64,000 bases of DNA from Nanobdellota archaeon (GTDB taxonomy: Archaea; Nanobdellota; Nanobdellia; Pacearchaeales; GW2011-AR1), in assembly GCA_043810695.1 (NCBI GenBank), contig JBDRNV010000005.1, positions 10,590 through 74,589 on the forward strand, read 5' to 3'. The translations under genes were made by a program, and so were the position numbers. How positions within the stretch are numbered: position 1 is the stretch's first letter; each line of letters starts with the position of its first letter. A model generated the notes under the pieces. That model did not search any database. It was not told where the DNA came from and worked only from the letters and a program-made list of their open reading frames with translations. Below, one piece after another: positions 59,597 through 64,000 of the stretch.

Positions 59597-59818
59597 TTTT
59601 CTAGCCCATTAATTAAAAGTAAATCACCACCTTTTCAATTTTCAGTAAACTTACTAGTTGTTAAAGTTGAATTTTATGACTTCCATATTAATGGAAGTGC
59701 TATTAATGGGCGTGTGGCCCAACCATGATACTTGATTAACAAGTACTGGCTAGGAATTTTATAAAGAAGAATTGTTTTATAAATTTAATTTCCTTTAAAT
59801 TGACTACGCTTGGACAAT

Positions 59819-60676
59819 TTATTTTCCACTAAGAACTTTTTCTGCTTTTTTGTATCTTCTATCAACTTCTGATATTTGTTTATCTCTTATTTCTTGAAGA
59901 TTTTTTAAATAATCATCCAAAATTTTCTGCGAAGTGGCTTCGCCACTTACAACAACCACCCTACCACCATCGCCGGAATCCGCCAAGCCACCATCGTTGG
60001 AGATCAAACTCAAGCCCCTGCCCAAGTACAACCTGGAAAGTCCTGAATCTCTTGTATAAAGAGTTCTGTTTCCATCTCCTAATTTTTCAGGCAAACCATA
60101 TTTTCCTGTTTCTGAAAATGATTTTTGATTATTTTTTCCATTAAGAATAGGTGCATAAATTAATTCTGCTTCATCTGTTAACTTAAATACCAATCCCTTA
60201 GGCGAATTTGAATCATTGACTATTTCAAGCTCATTTAATGAAATAAGTATTGGTGTTTCTCCTGCTTTTTTTCCTCTTGCTTTTACCTGTTCTGCTAAAT
60301 TTTTAGCGAGATATTCATTTGGATTTCCCTCTGTTCTTAAAACTAATCCAGTATCTTCATATGTTCCTCTTAAATTAAAGGCATTTGTTTTTAAAACTCT
60401 TTCAAGGTCAGCTTGGTTTGCTGTTCTTAATCCTTCTTGTTTAAGAATCTGGTTAGCAAGAACAACTACAAAGGGGTTGCTTTCTTTTACAATACCATCT
60501 GTATATGAAAGAACATTAAGGGCATTTGCGTTTTTGTAATCAATTTTAACTTTTCCTTGGTATTCTGCTAAGAAAGCTTTTCCAAAATCTCCTTCTAAAA
60601 ATCCTGCTTGAGGTGTGTTTTCTGGAATTGCAATTAATGGTTTTCCTTTGAATGCTGGAAGTCTTGTCTTTTCCAT
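59819..60676 (-). CDS. DGR variable (target) protein 1
   Basis: 285 aa. C-terminal region ...NRTLYTRDSGLSRLYLGRGLSLISNDGGLADSGDGGRVVVVSGEATSQK is encoded by VR1, followed by a 34-aa tail. Paralog of target 2. Confidence 0.65.
   Translation of the reverse strand: MEKTRLPAFKGKPLIAIPENTPQAGFLEGDFGKAFLAEYQGKVKIDYKNANALNVLSYTDGIVKESNPFVVVLANQILKQEGLRTANQADLERVLKTNAFNLRGTYEDTGLVLRTEGNPNEYLAKNLAEQVKARGKKAGETPILISLNELEIVNDSNSPKGLVFKLTDEAELIYAPILNGKNNQKSFSETGKYGLPEKLGDGNRTLYTRDSGLSRLYLGRGLSLISNDGGLADSGDGGRVVVVSGEATSQKILDDYLKNLQEIRDKQISEVDRRYKKAEKVLSGK
59957..60041 (-). repeat. DGR variable repeat VR1
   Basis: 68/85 identical to the TR. The 17 differences all fall at TR adenines. Followed on the 3' side (coding sense) by a hairpin at 59932-59948. 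Confidence 0.75.
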
Positions 60677-60678
60677 TT

Positions 60679-61392
60679 TTATTGTTTTCTTTTTACTATT
60701 TTTTGTGAAGTGGCTTCGCCACCAACAACAACCACCCTACCATAATCGATGGAATACGCCAAGCTACCACCGTCGGAGTACAAATCCAAGCCCCTGCCCA
60801 AGTACAACCCGGAAAGTCCTGAATCTCTTGTATAAAGAGTTCTATTTCCTTTTTTATCAAATATAGGCATTCCACGTTCATCTTGTCTTACAAATTTTTG
60901 TTGATTATTTTTATTATTCAATTCAGGAGCTTCAAAATAATCAAAGGTTTTTCCTCTCTTAAAATTTAAACCATAAAAAGAATTACCATCCTCAACTAAT
61001 TCTAAGCCATTCATAACAACAGGTTCATTAAATTTTCTTTTTTTAATAAGTTTAGCCAATGTTTCTGCTAAATAATCATTTCTTTCATAAGTATCTTCGT
61101 TACTTCTTAATACAAGAGAAGGAACATCTTCATATGTTCCATTTAAAAAATTATTATCTAATTGGATTATTTGGTCTAATTCTGGTAAAGTAGCTGTCCT
61201 TATTCCTACCTGATTAAGCAAAAGAACCTTAAAAAGATTAGAACCTTTTATAGAAATATCTAATGAATTTTTTGCCCTTTCATTATTAAACTTTTTAATA
61301 GCATCTTCATATATTTTCTGCTCATTTTCTGATAAAAATCCTGCTATTAAGTAAGGCACATTCTTGGGTATAAATCTTATTGTCTTTTCCAT
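60679..61392 (-). CDS. DGR variable (target) protein 2
   Basis: 237 aa. The C-terminus ...LYLGRGLDLYSDGGSLAYSIDYGRVVVVGGEATSQKIVKRKQ is encoded by VR2. No signal peptide seen. Confidence 0.65.
   Translation of the reverse strand: MEKTIRFIPKNVPYLIAGFLSENEQKIYEDAIKKFNNERAKNSLDISIKGSNLFKVLLLNQVGIRTATLPELDQIIQLDNNFLNGTYEDVPSLVLRSNEDTYERNDYLAETLAKLIKKRKFNEPVVMNGLELVEDGNSFYGLNFKRGKTFDYFEAPELNNKNNQQKFVRQDERGMPIFDKKGNRTLYTRDSGLSGLYLGRGLDLYSDGGSLAYSIDYGRVVVVGGEATSQKIVKRKQ
60733..60817 (-). repeat. DGR variable repeat VR2
   Basis: 68/85 identical to the TR. The 17 differences all fall at TR adenines, at a partly different set of positions from VR1. Hairpin at 60707-60723. Confidence 0.75.
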
Positions 61393-61471
61393 GCATTTTC
61401 AAGAAATAGATGATATTTAAATGTTTCTATTATGTTACCCCTTAATAATTAATAATGATTATCTCTTTAAA

Positions 61472-61783
61472 TCAGCCACGCTTGGATGATTTCTTCTTCC
61501 CAAACTTCTTATTAAAATAATAAGCAAGCCATATTAAAATAACTAGTCCTATAAGAGATATCAAAAATCTAATCCAGTTTAAAGTATAAGGCCAGTAAGC
61601 ACCAGAGCCATAAATCAAAGTACCTATTCCTCCACCCATCAAACCAACACCAACTGTTTCAAGTCCAAAGAAAAAAGCTCCCAAAGCAACTATAGCAATT
61701 CCAACAGGAAGCGCTAGAAAGAAAACTTTTTTGCTTCTTTCTTTCATCAGATTATCAAACTCTTGGCTACAATAATAATACAA
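61472..61783 (-). CDS. small membrane protein
   Basis: Two to three hydrophobic helices and a basic C-terminus. Confidence 0.35.
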   Translation of the reverse strand: MYYYCSQEFDNLMKERSKKVFFLALPVGIAIVALGAFFFGLETVGVGLMGGGIGTLIYGSGAYWPYTLNWIRFLISLIGLVILIWLAYYFNKKFGKKKSSKRG

Positions 61784-62065
61784 ATCACAATAGCCATTTT
61801 CAGAAGTTTCTACTGGTTTTATACCTGCATAATAACTCCACCTGCCTCCTTCTGCAATACAAGTAGCATTATCATTTATAGGAATATCCTATCCAACATT
61901 ACCGCAAAAATCTTCATAATCTGGTTTTGGAAAAAGAGTATTTATTCCGTAAAAAGTCACAAAAATAGTAAGTATTATTATCGCAATAGCAAGAAGAACA
62001 TTTTTTAGATTCATATTATAAAAAAATCTAAAACATTTATAAACCTTGTCAAGTAACTTTTTATC

Positions 62066-62476
62066 ATGGAAAACTATGAAAAACTTCTTGAAGAAGCATA
62101 TAAAAAAATAAAGAAAAATGATACTTGCAGTGATAGATTTGAAATTCCTAAAATAGAAGGACATTTTGAAGGAAAAAAGACAATACTTACAAATTTTTAT
62201 CAGATAGCTTCATATTTAAGAAGAAATCAAGAGCATTTTCAGAAATTCATGCTTAAAGAACTTGCAGCATCAGGACAAAAAGAAGGAGATAGATTAATAT
62301 TAAATATAAAGGTTCAAAGCGAAAAAATAAATCAAAAAGTAGAAGAATATGCAAATGAATTTGTAATTTGCAGAGAATGCAAAAAGCCTGATACAGAACT
62401 CATAAAAGAAGGAAGAATAACTTTTGTTCACTGCTTGGCTTGTGGAGCAAAACATCCTGTTGGTAGTAAGGTTTAA
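62066..62476 (+). CDS. eif2b: translation initiation factor 2 beta subunit (aIF2beta)
   Basis: Core helix region and a C-terminal C4 zinc ribbon (CRECKKPDT...CLACGA). 136 aa. Confidence 0.8.
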   Translation: MENYEKLLEEAYKKIKKNDTCSDRFEIPKIEGHFEGKKTILTNFYQIASYLRRNQEHFQKFMLKELAASGQKEGDRLILNIKVQSEKINQKVEEYANEFVICRECKKPDTELIKEGRITFVHCLACGAKHPVGSKV

Positions 62477-62514
62477 AAAACAAAATTCCTTACAAATTTT
62501 ATGGAGGTAAAAAA

Positions 62515-62706
62515 ATGGTAAAAGGTTATTGCGTAAAGTGTAAGAAAAAAGATATGGATATGAAGAATCCTGAAATAAAGCAAACAGCAAGAGGAGGCTA
62601 TATGGCCCAGGGTGGATGTACTGCATGCGGAACAAGAATGAGTGCTATGCTTTCAAAGGATAATGCAGAAAGAGCTATCAAAGAAGGTGCTAAAAAAGCT
62701 TTCTAA
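62515..62706 (+). CDS. small zinc-ribbon protein
   Basis: CVKCKKK...CTACGT C4 arrangement. 63 aa. Confidence 0.4.
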   Translation: MVKGYCVKCKKKDMDMKNPEIKQTARGGYMAQGGCTACGTRMSAMLSKDNAERAIKEGAKKAF

Positions 62707-62720
62707 TCTCTTTTTTTAAA

Positions 62721-63017
62721 ATGTTTGTGAATATAATCCAGGCATACAGAGACATAGTTGCAGTTTGTGATAAAGAACTTCTTGGTAAAAGATTTGAAGA
62801 AGGTAAATTTCAACTGGATGTAAAAGAAAATTTCTATAAGGGAAAAGATGCAGATAGAATAAAAATCCTAAAAATAATGAAAGAGATGTCAAAAGAGGAC
62901 GCAACTTTTAACATTGTTGGAGAAAAATCAATAAATACCGCTCTTGAAGCAGGAATAATTTCAAAAGAGGAAATAAGAAGAATTAAGGGGATTCCGTTCG
63001 CTTTAATTTTATTATAA
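62721..63017 (+). CDS. conserved archaeal hypothetical protein (DUF424-like, tentative)
   Basis: 98 aa. The AVCDKELLGKRFEEGKFQLDV region resembles DUF424. Confidence 0.35.
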   Translation: MFVNIIQAYRDIVAVCDKELLGKRFEEGKFQLDVKENFYKGKDADRIKILKIMKEMSKEDATFNIVGEKSINTALEAGIISKEEIRRIKGIPFALILL

Positions 63018-63077
63018 AAATTCTATTAATATTCTAATTGCATTACTTTTATAAATAATCTTAAATAACAATATTTT

Positions 63078-63404
63078 ATGGGAGATAATTTTAAAGGAGA
63101 AAATAATGGAGAAGAGCAGATTACAAGAGCAAGAATTCCAAGAGGAGGAGAAATAATAGGTGTAATAGAACAAAGACTTGGAGGCAATAAAATGTTTGTA
63201 GATTGTCTTGATGGAAAAAAAAGAAACTGCAGGGTTCCAGGCAGATTAAAAAGAGCTTTATGGTTACGTCCAGGAGATGTTGTTATAATAGAATTATGGG
63301 AGCTTGATAAAAATAAAGGTGATATTATTTTCAAATATCCTTCAAACCAGGTAGCATGGTTAAAAAAGAACAAATATCTATCTGAAGAATCAAAAGAGTT
63401 CTGA
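63078..63404 (+). CDS. eif1a: translation initiation factor 1A (aIF-1A)
   Basis: S1-like OB fold: GEIIGVIEQRLGGNKMFVDCLDGKKRNCRVPGRLKRALWLRPGDVVIIELW. Confidence 0.85.
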   Translation: MGDNFKGENNGEEQITRARIPRGGEIIGVIEQRLGGNKMFVDCLDGKKRNCRVPGRLKRALWLRPGDVVIIELWELDKNKGDIIFKYPSNQVAWLKKNKYLSEESKEF

Positions 63405-63406
63405 AA

Positions 63407-64000
63407 ATGACAGAAGAAACAAATGAGAGTAAAGATTGGAAAAAACTTGATGAAAAAGAAAAATCTTACACTGTTAGGGTATTAAATTGGTTTCATTTTA
63501 GAACAAATAGACAGTCTTGGTTAAAAGAGGAAACAATAACCTGGGAGTTAGTTAGATTGTTACAAATAATTCCCTATGAATATTTATTAAAAAATTTTCT
63601 GATAAAAATTAAAGAGAAAAATACTTCAATAAGTAAAATTATTGATTTAATTATAAGCGAAATAAATAATGCAAAAATTGAGCCATATCCTTATTTGAGA
63701 TTAAAAGGTAACAAGAATAAAAGCCGTTCAGATATAGAAATAAAAACGGATAATTCGTGCCTATGGATAGAAGTTAAAACACAGTTAATAAAAGAGAAAC
63801 TTTTATTAAATCAAATTAATAAACAAATAAATTCTCCAAATTTTATTAAGAATAAAAATAAAGCGATTATAGTTTTGATACCTGAAAATCAAGAATATTC
63901 CAAAGAAAAAATAACTTGGAGGGAGATATTTATTATTTTAGAAGAAAGTTATAAATCAATTAAAAGCAAAAATAATAAAATATTAAGAGGATATGAATTA
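63407..64000 (+). CDS. hypothetical protein, 3' end beyond window (not in ORF track)
   Basis: An open frame from the ATG at 63407 to the window edge, with no stop by manual translation. Confidence 0.35.
   Translation, partial: MTEETNESKDWKKLDEKEKSYTVRVLNWFHFRTNRQSWLKEETITWELVRLLQIIPYEYLLKNFLIKIKEKNTSISKIIDLIISEINNAKIEPYPYLRLKGNKNKSRSDIEIKTDNSCLWIEVKTQLIKEKLLLNQINKQINSPNFIKNKNKAIIVLIPENQEYSKEKITWREIFIILEESYKSIKSKNNKILRGYEL

Larger units (their letters stand above)
58436..61392 (-). mobile_element. diversity-generating retroelement: RT + template repeat + two tandem VR-bearing target genes
   Basis: The RT has YVDD and the DGR-type LGNLTSQ motif. An 85-nt TR matches two VRs with mismatches exclusively at TR adenines. 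Order is canonical: target, TR, RT, all on one strand. Confidence 0.8.

Noticed and set aside
59528-59728. 66-aa plus-strand ORF overlapping the DGR template repeat
   Set aside because: It overlaps the TR on the opposite strand and is better explained as a chance ORF. I also looked for an Avd-like accessory gene between the targets and the TR and found none.
63026-63373. Minus-strand 115-aa ORF
   Set aside because: It overlaps the plus-strand aIF-1A gene, which has an unmistakable S1/OB signature.
1-64000. CRISPR arrays, rRNA genes, inteins
   Set aside because: No regularly spaced short direct repeats were seen. No extended GC-rich structured RNA regions of rRNA size were seen. PolB (821 aa), MCM (677 aa), topoisomerase and the aaRS genes have ordinary lengths that leave no room for inteins.

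Overview
This is an AT-rich (roughly 30% GC) archaeal window with compact, mostly co-directional genes. tRNAs carry introns, and the gene set is a small-genome archaeon's, plausibly DPANN-like (inference from composition and gene content only). Identifiable core genes include a HerA-like ATPase fragment, Trm5, FEN1, family-B DNA polymerase, a NOP2/Sun RNA methyltransferase, MetAP, CDC48, TFS, type IA topoisomerase, RadB, RpoL, aRF1, a Val-type class I aaRS, Sec61beta (missed by the ORF track), NAC, MinD, MetRS, GlmS, L15e, ATP-dependent DNA ligase, TBP, MCM, aIF2beta and aIF1A. There is also a glycosylation cluster (PMT-like GT, Dol-P-Man-synthase-like GT2, processive GT2). The standout accessory locus is a complete diversity-generating retroelement at about 58.4-61.4 kb on the minus strand. 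It comprises a reverse transcriptase with the DGR-type LGxxxSQ motif, an 85-nt template repeat, and two tandem paralogous target genes whose C-terminal variable repeats differ from the template only at template adenines (17 of 29 adenines in each, 0 of 56 other positions). Each variable repeat is followed by a GC-rich hairpin that the template lacks. Other accessory features are a DUF4258/DUF2283 toxin-antitoxin-like cassette bracketed by 32-bp direct repeats that duplicate the 3' end of the upstream gene, and a LAGLIDADG endonuclease plus triple-HTH gene upstream of metG. There are also tRNA 3'-end fragment duplications beside an intron-containing tRNA-Lys, a tRNA-like gene with an unresolved insertion, two paralogous tail-fibre-like surface proteins, a snapalysin-like secreted metalloprotease, and a recurring GC-rich 10-mer motif at gene boundaries, two copies of which flank the DGR target genes.
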